A stretch of DNA of 52,874 bases from Mycobacterium phage prophiT46-1, in the sequence record OQ417976.1; one strand, written 5' to 3'. Position numbers and translations under genes: made by a program. Every line of letters starts with the position of its first letter. Positions within the stretch are counted from its first letter, which is position 1. A model generated the notes under the pieces. That model was not told the DNA's origin. It saw only the letters and a program-made list of their open reading frames with translations, and searched no databases. Below, one piece after another: positions 16,554 through 25,617 of the stretch.

Positions 16554-17167
16554 CCGGCCCCGAAGCCGTACTCGGCCTAGACCCATCACTCGCGCGCGCT
16601 GGAATCGCCGCGATCGTCCGCGACAACCCCGGCAGCATCGCCCGACCAGGCGTGATCACGCACGTCGGATACTCGCTACGCGAAGGTGTTCCATGGTGGC
16701 GCCGCAGCCGACGCATCATCACCGAAGCACGCGAAATCGCCGCCATCATCGGTGAAGTCCACACCGCAACACCCATAGCCCGCGCCGTCATCGAAGGCCC
16801 CGCATGGGCATCGAACCTGCCCAGCAAGTTCGACCGCGACGGCCTCTGGTGGGCACTGTTCTCAATCCTCGACGCGAAACGAATACCCGTCACCGTCGTA
16901 AACCCCACCACCCGAGGCAAATTCATCACCGGACGCGCCCCGAACGGCATGAAACCCGGCGAACACAAGAAACTGGTACTCGCAGAATCCCAAGCCACAT
17001 GGTTCGACGACCAACACCGCATCAAGAACCACGACCAAGCCGACGCCCTCGGCCTCGCACACATGGGCGCCCTAGACCTCGGCTGGCGCCTACCCGTGGA
17101 CACCCGCCGCCGCCACGTCGAAAACATCGCCCTCGTCGACTGGGAAACCGAATGGCTGGCCTCGTAA
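16550..17167 (+). CDS. RuvC-like Holliday junction resolvase
   Basis: The RBS AAGGAG precedes the ATG at 16550. The N-terminus (VLGLDPSLARAGIAAI) matches the RuvC-family start containing the catalytic Asp. Confidence 0.7.
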   Translation: MTGPEAVLGLDPSLARAGIAAIVRDNPGSIARPGVITHVGYSLREGVPWWRRSRRIITEAREIAAIIGEVHTATPIARAVIEGPAWASNLPSKFDRDGLWWALFSILDAKRIPVTVVNPTTRGKFITGRAPNGMKPGEHKKLVLAESQATWFDDQHRIKNHDQADALGLAHMGALDLGWRLPVDTRRRHVENIALVDWETEWLAS

Positions 17168-17506
17168 ATGTCCGGCGGCGCGATCTTCCCGAACAAGGGC
17201 CGGATCGAACGCCGGCTCGCCGAAATCGGCGGCGAACTGGACGAAACCTGGAAACTACGCGCCGCGTGCCGAGGGCACCCACGGCCAGACATTTTCTTCC
17301 CGCCGCCCGCACGGTCCGAAGCCACGATCAAACGGTCGAAATCGGAACTGGCGCGACGCCTGGTCATCGCCGAAGCGAAACGCGTCTGCGGGCACTGCCC
17401 AGTCCGCGCCGAATGCGGCGACTACGCCGACCAAATCGGCGACTACCACGGCATCTGGGGAGGACAAACCGGCCGCGAACGCGGACGCAAACGCGACGAA
17501 TTCTGA
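17168..17506 (+). CDS. whiB: WhiB-family (Wbl) Fe-S transcription factor
   Basis: Four conserved Cys (AACRG...VCGHCPVRAEC) and the GIWGG turn motif typical of WhiB proteins. Confidence 0.8.
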   Translation: MSGGAIFPNKGRIERRLAEIGGELDETWKLRAACRGHPRPDIFFPPPARSEATIKRSKSELARRLVIAEAKRVCGHCPVRAECGDYADQIGDYHGIWGGQTGRERGRKRDEF

Positions 17507-17549
17507 ACCACCACAACAACAAACCCGACCAACCGAAGGACTCACCGAA

Positions 17550-18227
17550 ATGCCCGACTACCCACCCAACATGACACTTCGACCCATCGAAACATGGCCC
17601 CACGGCCTCACCCGCGACCGCCGCCGCTCGAATTTCTCGGCACAGTGGAGCGACACCCTCACCCGGCTCGAACGCGAACTCTGGTACCTCGGGAAAGACC
17701 AGCAGTACGCCGCCGCGGTACTTCAAATCGCGATGCGCGAGCAAGACTTCCGAATCACTGACGGCATGCCGCGCGCCAACGCCACAGCACAGCACCCCGG
17801 CGTGATCCTGAACATCGAATCCCGCCACGGACCGCTGTCGTACCCGTGTGACACGTTCACCCGCTGGCAAGACAACCTGCGCGCCATCGCACTCGGCCTC
17901 GAAGCGCTACGCAAGGTCGAACGCTACGGAATCACCCAAACCGGCCAGCAGTACCGCGGATGGCAGGCCATTGAAGCCAAGGCCACGCCGATCGCTCAGA
18001 CCCCGGCAGGTGCCGCCGTCTATCTCGCGAAAGCCGCGCAAGGCAACGACGACAGCGTCTCCGATTGGGCACACCGCATCCTGCACGACCCCGAGACCGC
18101 CCGGACCACCTACCGGAAAGCGCGCGCCAACACCCACCCCGACCGGCACGGCGGCGCCCGAACAGCCTGGGACGCCGTCGAAGCCGCCGCCGACATCCTC
18201 CGCGACGCCGGCGCCCCCATCGAATAG
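17550..18227 (+). CDS. Hypothetical protein with C-terminal DnaJ-like J-domain (HPD motif)
   Basis: The C-terminal segment TYRKARANTHPDRHGGARTAWDAVEAA carries the HPD tripeptide in the context of a J-domain helix II-III. Confidence 0.5.
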   Translation: MPDYPPNMTLRPIETWPHGLTRDRRRSNFSAQWSDTLTRLERELWYLGKDQQYAAAVLQIAMREQDFRITDGMPRANATAQHPGVILNIESRHGPLSYPCDTFTRWQDNLRAIALGLEALRKVERYGITQTGQQYRGWQAIEAKATPIAQTPAGAAVYLAKAAQGNDDSVSDWAHRILHDPETARTTYRKARANTHPDRHGGARTAWDAVEAAADILRDAGAPIE

Positions 18228-18242
18228 GGAGACACCGCCACC

Positions 18243-18437
18243 ATGACCACCACCACCATCACAAAACGCGCAACCATCACCTTCTACAAGCCGCCGACCG
18301 TCACCGAACTAATCCAAGAGCTGCAGAAGCTCCCCGACGAGTGGCAGGCAGGCACGGTGACCGTCCAACAGTCCGACAGTCTGCGTGACGGCATCACCAT
18401 CACATTCCACGTCAACGCCGGAAGCCTGAGCCAGTGA
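18243..18437 (+). CDS. Hypothetical protein
   Basis: 64-aa ORF in the operon. Confidence 0.4.
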   Translation: MTTTTITKRATITFYKPPTVTELIQELQKLPDEWQAGTVTVQQSDSLRDGITITFHVNAGSLSQ

Positions 18438-18838
18438 CCGCGCCGGAACAGCACATGCGGAACGTGCTGGTGCGGTACATGTCCGACGCGCTCAACGAAG
18501 TTGGGGGAGCACTCATACCCGACGTGTTCCGGCGCCCCACCATCCCGCTACGCGTCCGGACCCGCGGCAGCCTCGACCGATCCGAAATCACCATGCCCGG
18601 CATCGAGTTGGCCGGCGGACCCGACATGGAACCACTGGCCCGCAACGTCGGCAAGCTGATCCTGAAAATCATGCGCACCGACGAAGTGTTGTGGGTCGCG
18701 GTCAACGCACACCAGGACTTCGGGGGCTGGAGCATCGACTGCGTCCCGCTGGTCGATCACATGAGGTTGTCCACACCAACCGATGAGCAGACGTTGAACG
18801 CCAACGGCATCAACCCCGAAACCGGGAAACCACGATGA
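18434..18838 (+). CDS. Hypothetical protein
   Basis: The GTG start overlaps the upstream stop. 134 aa. Confidence 0.45.
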   Translation: MTAPEQHMRNVLVRYMSDALNEVGGALIPDVFRRPTIPLRVRTRGSLDRSEITMPGIELAGGPDMEPLARNVGKLILKIMRTDEVLWVAVNAHQDFGGWSIDCVPLVDHMRLSTPTDEQTLNANGINPETGKPR

Positions 18839-18984
18839 CCGACAACCCGATATGCGTATGCGGACACCGCAGAAGCGACCACGACATCCAAGCCAACCCG
18901 AAGTGCCTCCAGCAGGACGTCGACTGGCCGTGGCGGTGCGACTGTCCCGGATTCGAAGCCGACCCGAAAGCGATCAACCTATGA
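18835..18984 (+). CDS. Small Cys-rich protein (49 aa, CVCGH...C...CDCP)
   Basis: Below the ORF-track cut-off. ATGA coupling at both ends. Confidence 0.3.
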   Translation: MTDNPICVCGHRRSDHDIQANPKCLQQDVDWPWRCDCPGFEADPKAINL

Positions 18985-19157
18985 GCGATATCTCCACACT
19001 GCAGGAAGCCGCGAAAATTCTGAACCGCCACGGTCTCGGCAACGCCGCCGAACTCTGCACCCGCCTCATAGGCAGGTTGGCGGTCGACGAAGCACTCGGC
19101 GGCGCAACAGAACCCGAACCCGCACCCGGAAAACGACTCACCCGAATCACACCATGA
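18981..19157 (+). CDS. Hypothetical protein
   Basis: 58 aa, coupled. Confidence 0.3.
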   Translation: MSDISTLQEAAKILNRHGLGNAAELCTRLIGRLAVDEALGGATEPEPAPGKRLTRITP

Positions 19158-19344
19158 ACGGGCTGCCCGACATCACCGCCCCAACCCCGTTACCGTCACC
19201 GACATCTGGTGGGCGTCAAACCGGGAACCAAAGCGGTGTTTCGCTCGGCAAGCGCGGCCCATGACCCCGTTTATCGGTCGGGCGAGGCCACAGCTGCGCC
19301 CACCAGAACCAAACCACCACAACACCAAAGGAGACACCGCCACC

Positions 19345-20133
19345 ATGACCACCATCGAGGAGAACGTCGCCGCCGCGCAACACGAAGTCGAACGCCGCAA
19401 GGCCGACTATGAACATGCGCGTGACCTGTACCGGCGCGCTGTCACGGTCCGCGACGACCTAGACGCCGTCGCCCGCGCACACAAAGCCACCAAGAACATC
19501 TATGACGCCGTCCAAACCCTCACCGAACAGCCCGCGCCCGAACCGTCACCGACACTGGACAGCGACCCGCGCACACCCGCCGACCAGGCACACGAATTCT
19601 TCACCCGGCCAGGCGACTTCTACCACGTAGCCCTGGCTCTGCCAGCGCCCACGAACGGCGCAAAACTCGGCGCCGGCTTCATCGTGAAAGCCGACGACAC
19701 GCAACTCCCGTACCTGCTGGAAGTGCTACGCCAACTACGCGGCGCACTCGGCGACGACACCCGCGTCGAATTGAGCAAAGCGGAGATCGGGCTGCCCGTT
19801 GGACCACCCACCGTCGGCACGATGCCTCGCTACACCGAGGTATTCGCGCCACCCGAGCCGTCAATCTCGGAACAGATCACCGAAATAGCGGAACAGCAAG
19901 GCGTGAAACCGGAACAAGTACAGGCAATTCCGGTACGCGGAGGCGGACACGCGTTCACCATCAAGCCCGAACCCCAACCCGAGCAGGGCAGGCACGCACG
20001 ACCCGACGACTGGGAGAGTAGCCCCAAACCGCAACACCTTGCCGCAGACGACGACTACGACGACGAAGGATGCTGCGCTGGTTGCGGAGTGCCACACACC
20101 AACGGCACGCATTCCCCAGACTGCGAAGCATAG
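19345..20133 (+). CDS. Hypothetical protein
   Basis: The RBS AAAGGAG precedes the ATG at 19345. 262 aa. Confidence 0.55.
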   Translation: MTTIEENVAAAQHEVERRKADYEHARDLYRRAVTVRDDLDAVARAHKATKNIYDAVQTLTEQPAPEPSPTLDSDPRTPADQAHEFFTRPGDFYHVALALPAPTNGAKLGAGFIVKADDTQLPYLLEVLRQLRGALGDDTRVELSKAEIGLPVGPPTVGTMPRYTEVFAPPEPSISEQITEIAEQQGVKPEQVQAIPVRGGGHAFTIKPEPQPEQGRHARPDDWESSPKPQHLAADDDYDDEGCCAGCGVPHTNGTHSPDCEA

Positions 20134-20144
20134 GTCGGCCGCTC

Positions 20145-20531
20145 ATGCCGAACCGCACCCCCAGAACAACCACGCAGAAACGGCTAGGCCACGACCACCA
20201 ACAACAACGCGACCGGCTACTCGCGCGCCACGTCGACGGCCAACCCTGCTGGTGGTGCGGAAAACCCATGTACCGCGACCGCACCCGCAACTGGGACCAC
20301 AACCCCAAAGCCACACGCCGCGACGGAAAGCCCGACACCAGCAGCGGCAGCCTCGCCGCCGACCACAGCACAGCCCGCGCCCAATCCACCACCAGCCGCG
20401 CAGACCGACTCTTGCACGGCACCTGCAACAAACAACGCCAAGGAGGCCACCGTGACGACCAACGACCAGCCCTCACCAACCCACCCGACACAGACCCCGC
20501 ACTCGGAACCCGAATCTTCAACTGGCCCTGA
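20145..20531 (+). CDS. HNH endonuclease
   Basis: CWWCGKPM ... NWDHNP ... H ... C motif pattern. It sits in the usual position upstream of the terminase genes. Confidence 0.65.
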   Translation: MPNRTPRTTTQKRLGHDHQQQRDRLLARHVDGQPCWWCGKPMYRDRTRNWDHNPKATRRDGKPDTSSGSLAADHSTARAQSTTSRADRLLHGTCNKQRQGGHRDDQRPALTNPPDTDPALGTRIFNWP

Positions 20532-20898
20532 CCAACTCGAATGGGACGAACAGGCAGGCGGATACCATCTGACCGCCAAAGTCAGCCACGGAAACTACGC
20601 TGCCTACTTCGGCGACGCATTCGAGAACCCCCACCGATGGCACGCCGTCTATTGGCGAGAAGAACAGAGCATCTACAACCCCGCCACCACCACCTGCCAC
20701 CTGTACCGAGGCGACGACCTCGACGAAGCACTAGCCGCGGCCCAGCAGCACCACCAGGCCACGTTACGTCGCATCGCATGGGAGCAGTACATGCGCGACA
20801 ACGACCCGCCCAACCGGCCGATCGACATCCTGTTGACGCAGTGCGACAAGGCCACAGTCGAAGCCAACATCGCAGGCCGAGCCTTGGGGCTGTGGTGA
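20452..20898 (+). CDS. Hypothetical protein
   Basis: The strong RBS AAGGAGG lies 5 nt upstream of the GTG at 20452. The gene overlaps the HNH 3' end by 80 nt. Confidence 0.45.
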   Translation: MTTNDQPSPTHPTQTPHSEPESSTGPDQLEWDEQAGGYHLTAKVSHGNYAAYFGDAFENPHRWHAVYWREEQSIYNPATTTCHLYRGDDLDEALAAAQQHHQATLRRIAWEQYMRDNDPPNRPIDILLTQCDKATVEANIAGRALGLW

Positions 20899-21161
20899 TC
20901 CCGCGATACCACCGAGGCGTCACCCTCGGGATACGAGCCCAACGCGTGCTCGCCTACCTCGCAGTCGGCGCATCACTGATCATCGAAACAGCAGCGCTCA
21001 TCGCCACCATCGAGAACGGAATCGGCTGGCACACAGCAGGAATACTGTTCGCGGCCCCAGGATGGGCACTGGCAGAAGGACTCGCCGCGACCGTCCCCGC
21101 GCCGTGTCCCGGCTGCCAGCATCCCACACATGACGACATGTGCTGGTGCGGCCATGTCTGA
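20895..21161 (+). CDS. Small membrane protein (two predicted TM helices) with C-terminal CPGC...CWCGH
   Basis: The GTG overlaps the upstream stop. Two hydrophobic stretches. Confidence 0.4.
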   Translation: MIPRYHRGVTLGIRAQRVLAYLAVGASLIIETAALIATIENGIGWHTAGILFAAPGWALAEGLAATVPAPCPGCQHPTHDDMCWCGHV

Positions 21162-21432
21162 GAAACCCGATTCTGAAATCGCCGCCTGCGGCGGAACAAC
21201 CCCGCTCGACCCCCGCGATATGACACCCGACGAGCTGTTCGCGACACTCGGACTATCCGACATGGACGACCGCGAACGACTCGAATTCGTGCACTACATG
21301 AACGCATGGTCACGCCACCACCTACCCGGACCCAACCACTGGTGGCGACACGCACTCATCTACGCCAACCTCTGGAAACGCACCATCACCGCACACGTCG
21401 ACCAACTCATCACCCAAGCACTAGGCCAATGA
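21154..21432 (+). CDS. Hypothetical protein
   Basis: The ATG at 21154 gives 92 aa. Confidence 0.4.
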   Translation: MSEKPDSEIAACGGTTPLDPRDMTPDELFATLGLSDMDDRERLEFVHYMNAWSRHHLPGPNHWWRHALIYANLWKRTITAHVDQLITQALGQ

Positions 21433-21569
21433 CCATGACCGACACAAGCAAACCCCTCGACCACACGACCTGCGGAGATACCACATACGCCCAGCTCGTC
21501 GCCTCTGATCCTCTCGTGTGCCCCGAGTAGAGCCGCCGCCATGTCACACCATCCGAGTAGAACCAACAC

Positions 21570-21851
21570 ATGGCACGCCCGCCACGCGACCGATTCCCCA
21601 ACGCCTGCGTCGGCGACCTCGTCGAAACCCCCACAGGCTGGACCGTCGTCAGCCCGACCTACTGCCCCAACTGGCACAGCATCGAAGAACCCGGCTGGAA
21701 ACACTCAACCGCAACATGCGCATGCAAGACACGGCACTACACCTGGACATGCCACTGCGGCGCCACCACCTACGCCCCCAAGCTCGGACCCAACTGCCAG
21801 ATCCGCGGCGGATGCGAAGGCGTCATGCCACCCGACCACAGCCGCACCTAA
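21570..21851 (+). CDS. Hypothetical Cys/His-rich protein
   Basis: 93 aa. It is preferred over the overlapping low-complexity ORF 21541..22029. Confidence 0.4.
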   Translation: MARPPRDRFPNACVGDLVETPTGWTVVSPTYCPNWHSIEEPGWKHSTATCACKTRHYTWTCHCGATTYAPKLGPNCQIRGGCEGVMPPDHSRT

Positions 21852-21961
21852 CCGTTTGCTACACCACATCATCGCAGGTCACAGCCTCGGCGACGTTAAC
21901 TCGAAAACAGCTCTGACCAGCACGTATGCCACCCCCAATTTTCCTAGCAACCCCACCCCGG

Positions 21962-21992
21962 CTGACTCCGGAGGTAGTCAGGAATTTTTTTT
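21962..21992 (+). terminator. Rho-independent terminator separating early and late operons
   Basis: Stem CTGACT (21962..21967) pairs with AGTCAG (21976..21981) across an 8-nt loop. An 8-T tract follows. The surrounding intergenic segment is lower in G+C. Confidence 0.6.
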
Positions 21993-22022
21993 GGACGGCT
22001 CTGAAAATTTCGGGGGTATGGC

Positions 22023-22556
22023 GTGGTGACGGCCAAGCGGACATCGGGACGGACAGCCAAGCGGCCCGTAAGTGCAGCCGGTGGCGGCGAATCGGCGGCT
22101 GACCTGGGGCCGGTGAAGGCTACGAAGCGGACAGCGGCGGGGACCAAACGGACGGCCACGGGCACCGGGCGGGTCACGGTAAGTACCGAACCGGGTGCGG
22201 GGGAGCGGCTGCGGGCGCAGCTGGAACGTAAGGAGGATGGGCCGGGTTTGACCGCGCTGATACGGCAGGCCGCGCGCGTGGCTGATCGGCTGGAGATGTT
22301 GGCCGGTATCAATTCGGGTGTCGAATCGTCGTGGGTGCGTTTGGATCTGCGCGGCATCGTCGCGGCTGCTGACGACAATGGCAAGAACCCGGTGACCGTG
22401 ATTGTCGAAGCGAAGATCGATTCCACGATCGCCGAAGAGAGACAACAGACCACGTTGTTACGGCATTTGCTCGCTGAGATTCACAAACAGCGCGCGGGAT
22501 CGATGGGACCGAATGGTGGCGGCGGCGCGGAAGACGACGACCTCGACGACATCTAG
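22023..22556 (+). CDS. Putative terminase small subunit
   Basis: 177 aa with a basic N-terminus, immediately upstream of and overlapping the large terminase gene. The assignment is positional. Confidence 0.4.
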   Translation: MVTAKRTSGRTAKRPVSAAGGGESAADLGPVKATKRTAAGTKRTATGTGRVTVSTEPGAGERLRAQLERKEDGPGLTALIRQAARVADRLEMLAGINSGVESSWVRLDLRGIVAAADDNGKNPVTVIVEAKIDSTIAEERQQTTLLRHLLAEIHKQRAGSMGPNGGGGAEDDDLDDI

Positions 22557-24186
22557 GTCGCCGGCCAAACGCGCGACCGGGCGGCGACCGAAAGCCGGTG
22601 CCCCGCCGAACAAACAGGACACGCCGCCATGGGTCGGTGAGTGGCCGCGACTGACCGGGCGGCAGGAACCCAAGCACGAGCATTCGTTCACCGGTGATGA
22701 AACCGACGGCGACCGTTGCGCGCGGTTCGGGCACCGCATCACCAAACAGCGGTCGCTGCCGTGGCAATGGCGCACGATGCGCAAGATCTTGAGTCGCCGT
22801 CCAGACTATCTATGGACGCATCCGGACGTGGTGCTGGTCTGCACCCGCCAGCAGGGCAAGACCCTGATTCTGGTGCTGCGCATCCTGTTCGGGCTGTTCA
22901 TCCTCGGCGAGAACATCGCCTACACCGCGCAGCGCGGCAACACCTCCGACGCGGTGTTCAAACGCGTCAAGGCGATCATCAATTCGCGGCCGTCGCTGAA
23001 AAACCGTGTGGTCTCGATGACCGGCGGAAAACAGGGCTTCGGCGAAATCGTTGTCCGGTCGAAACTGGGCACCGAAGTCACGGTGCAGTTCGGCGTTCGA
23101 TCTGGCGACAAGGGCCGTGGTCTTGATCGGATTGACCTGGCGATTTTCGATGAGGCGTACAACCTGACACAGGACGAAGTATCTGCGCTGCAGGGTGCAC
23201 AGGTCGCGTCGGCGAACTCCCAAACCATCTACACGTCCACAGCGCCCGTGGAATCCGAGCACCCGAACTGCCACGTGTTCGCGGGCATGAGGCGCCGCGG
23301 GCTGAACAAAGACACAGATCTGTTGTTCATCGAGTTCGCAGCACCGGACCCGCCCAAGGATGCAGTCGAGCGCAAAGCTGCGCGTGAAGACCGCGAGAAC
23401 TGGCGTCTGGCCGAGCCGTCATACGGGGTGATTTCGAAAGAACGCGATATCGAACGGTTTTACAAGACAGCGGTCGAGAGTCGCGAGGCATCGAAGGTCG
23501 CTCTGTGGGAAGCCGACTTTCTCGGGTGGGGCGAGTGGCCGGCGGACGCGCGCTTCATTGACCCGGTCATCCCAATCAAGGAGGTGTGGGAGCCGTTGAC
23601 CGACTATGCGCCCGAACTTGTCGGGCAGAAGGTTTTGGCGGTGTCCCGTACACGTGATCTGGCACGGTGGGCTATCGCGGTGGGGCAGCGCACGATCGAA
23701 GGCCGGGTGCAGATCGAAATCGGCTACTACCAGAAAGCCACGATCGGGCAGGTCGCCGCGTATGTGGTGCGGCTGGTCGAGCTGTGGGATCCGGCCACGA
23801 TCGTGATTGACGATCACGACCCGGCTAAACCGCTGGCGCCGTATCTGAAAAAGCTGGACGTCGATGTCACGTTGACGACGACGGGACAGATCGCGGTGGC
23901 GTTCCAGGGGTTCGTAGACGCCGCAATGTCCGGTGACCTGGGACACACCAACCAGCCGATTCTGACCGAAGGGTTGGAGGTCGCTATGACCCGCGAACTG
24001 CCTCGGGGAGACAAGGTTTGGGACGACCGCGAAGGATCAATTGCGCAGGTCATAGCCGCAACGATGGCGCACTGGGGTGTTCTGGAATTCGCCGAGGAAG
24101 ACTCGCCGGCCGCGCTGCCCTCGATGGGCTCCGGAAATCCCGAAACAACAAGTAGCCACCTGGACGTCCTGGGAGCCGCATTCTAA
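22513..24186 (+). CDS. Terminase large subunit
   Basis: ATPase Walker-A-like VLVCTRQQGKT and Walker-B-like LAIFDEAY are followed by a nuclease domain. The true start is uncertain: the open frame extends to 22402. Confidence 0.85.
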   Translation: MVAAARKTTTSTTSRSPAKRATGRRPKAGAPPNKQDTPPWVGEWPRLTGRQEPKHEHSFTGDETDGDRCARFGHRITKQRSLPWQWRTMRKILSRRPDYLWTHPDVVLVCTRQQGKTLILVLRILFGLFILGENIAYTAQRGNTSDAVFKRVKAIINSRPSLKNRVVSMTGGKQGFGEIVVRSKLGTEVTVQFGVRSGDKGRGLDRIDLAIFDEAYNLTQDEVSALQGAQVASANSQTIYTSTAPVESEHPNCHVFAGMRRRGLNKDTDLLFIEFAAPDPPKDAVERKAAREDRENWRLAEPSYGVISKERDIERFYKTAVESREASKVALWEADFLGWGEWPADARFIDPVIPIKEVWEPLTDYAPELVGQKVLAVSRTRDLARWAIAVGQRTIEGRVQIEIGYYQKATIGQVAAYVVRLVELWDPATIVIDDHDPAKPLAPYLKKLDVDVTLTTTGQIAVAFQGFVDAAMSGDLGHTNQPILTEGLEVAMTRELPRGDKVWDDREGSIAQVIAATMAHWGVLEFAEEDSPAALPSMGSGNPETTSSHLDVLGAAF

Positions 24187-24237
24187 ATCCGCAGGTGCGG
24201 CGTTGTGTCGCAGCATGTTCGGATTTGAGGGAGGCCG

Positions 24238-25617
24238 GTGACCAAGCGGGTCAAGACGGCTATGCCGGTCGGCGAATCGGGCTACGTGACCCCGTTCGTC
24301 GACGGCTGGGTCAATTGGGATCCGTACGAAAAGGTTCCGGATCTGCAGCACCCGGCGTCGGTGGCGGTGTTCCTGGAGATGGACAACAACGACTCGCGTG
24401 TGTCCTCGCTGCTGGAGGCGATCAGCTTGCCGATCGTCGAAACCGGTTGGCGTATCGACCCGAACGGCGCCGACGCCGAGGTTGTGCAGTTCATTTCGCG
24501 GAACATGAATCTTCCGGTTGTCGGGTTCGATGAGGTCGACGACCCCGGCCGCTCGCGGGGCCGGTTTTCGTGGATTGACCATCTGCGCGAGGTCGCCTCG
24601 CCGACAGCGCAGTTCGGGCACGCCGTATTCGAGCAGGTGTATCGGCGAGAGGCGGACGGGCGGTTCGTGCTGCGCAAGCTGGGGCCGCGCCCGCAGTGGA
24701 CGATTCAGAAGTTCAACGTCGCGATGGATGGCGGGCTGGATTCGATCACGCAGCTGGCGCCGGCGTCTTCGGGGCGCACCATGTACGGGCCGACGCCGCT
24801 GGATATTCCGATCAATCGGCTTGTGGTGTACACGCGCAACAAGCGACCGGGCTACTGGCAGGGCCGTTCGATTCTGCGATCGAGCTACAAGCATTGGCTG
24901 CTGAAAAACGAGCTGCTGCGCATCGAGGTTGTGGCCGCGCGCCGCAACGGTATGGGTGTGCCGGTCGGTACCGCATCCAAGCCGAACGACGACGCCGAGG
25001 TCAAGGCGATGCAGAAGGTGGCCTCGGAGTTTCAGGGCGGCATGGGATCCGGTGTCGGCCTCGCCCAGGGACAGTCGCTGGCGCTGCTGGGCGTGCAGGG
25101 CAACCTGCCCGACATCCGGGCGGCAATCGTGTACCACGACAAGGCAATCGCGCTGGCCGGGCTGGCGCAATACATGAACCTGGATACCGGCGGAAGCTAC
25201 GCGCTGGCCGCGGTGCAGGAACGACCGTTCGTGCAGGCCGAGAATGCTGCCGCCAAGTCGTATCGCGACATCGGGCAGGCGCACATCATCGAGGATCTGG
25301 TCGATATCAACTTCGGTGTCGAGGCCCGCACCCCGCGGCTGGTGTTCGACAAGATCGGATCGCAGCAGGACGCGACCGCCGCGGCGCTGAAGATGTTCGT
25401 CGAGGCTGGGCTATTGGCGCCGGATCTGCGGATCGAACGCGCCTTGCGTCAATCGCTGGACCTGCCGGCCAAACCCGACGTGAACGACCCGGACGCCGCG
25501 CCCCCGAAAGAACCTGACGCGCCAGCACTCCCGTCCCCGGTCGAGACCGACACCGCCCAGAGCGCCGAGGACACCGAAGCACAGGCGCTCGCGTTCGCGA
25601 AAGGACGGCTGTTCTGA
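24238..25617 (+). CDS. Portal protein
   Basis: 459 aa immediately after the terminase. RBS GAGGGAGG before the GTG start. Confidence 0.75.
   Translation: MTKRVKTAMPVGESGYVTPFVDGWVNWDPYEKVPDLQHPASVAVFLEMDNNDSRVSSLLEAISLPIVETGWRIDPNGADAEVVQFISRNMNLPVVGFDEVDDPGRSRGRFSWIDHLREVASPTAQFGHAVFEQVYRREADGRFVLRKLGPRPQWTIQKFNVAMDGGLDSITQLAPASSGRTMYGPTPLDIPINRLVVYTRNKRPGYWQGRSILRSSYKHWLLKNELLRIEVVAARRNGMGVPVGTASKPNDDAEVKAMQKVASEFQGGMGSGVGLAQGQSLALLGVQGNLPDIRAAIVYHDKAIALAGLAQYMNLDTGGSYALAAVQERPFVQAENAAAKSYRDIGQAHIIEDLVDINFGVEARTPRLVFDKIGSQQDATAAALKMFVEAGLLAPDLRIERALRQSLDLPAKPDVNDPDAAPPKEPDAPALPSPVETDTAQSAEDTEAQALAFAKGRLF

Noticed and set aside
21541-22029. 162-aa + ORF spanning the early/late boundary
   Set aside because: Low-complexity Thr/Pro/Ala translation. 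It runs through the intrinsic terminator and the AT-rich intergenic spacer, and it overlaps the better-looking Cys/His-rich ORF 21570..21851.
22402-22512. 5' extension of the large terminase ORF to 22402
   Set aside because: This would overlap the upstream gene by about 150 nt, and the translated extension is basic low-complexity. An internal ATG at 22513 is more plausible, although the exact start remains uncertain.
24037-25284. 415-aa minus-strand ORF inside the portal gene, and similar long antisense ORFs inside the tape measure (32966..34261, 35337..36329), LysA (45710..46801) and LysB (46651..48030) genes
   Set aside because: These are GC-rich antisense artefacts with Arg/Pro/Gly-rich translations. 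The sense-strand genes have recognisable phage functions and operon context.
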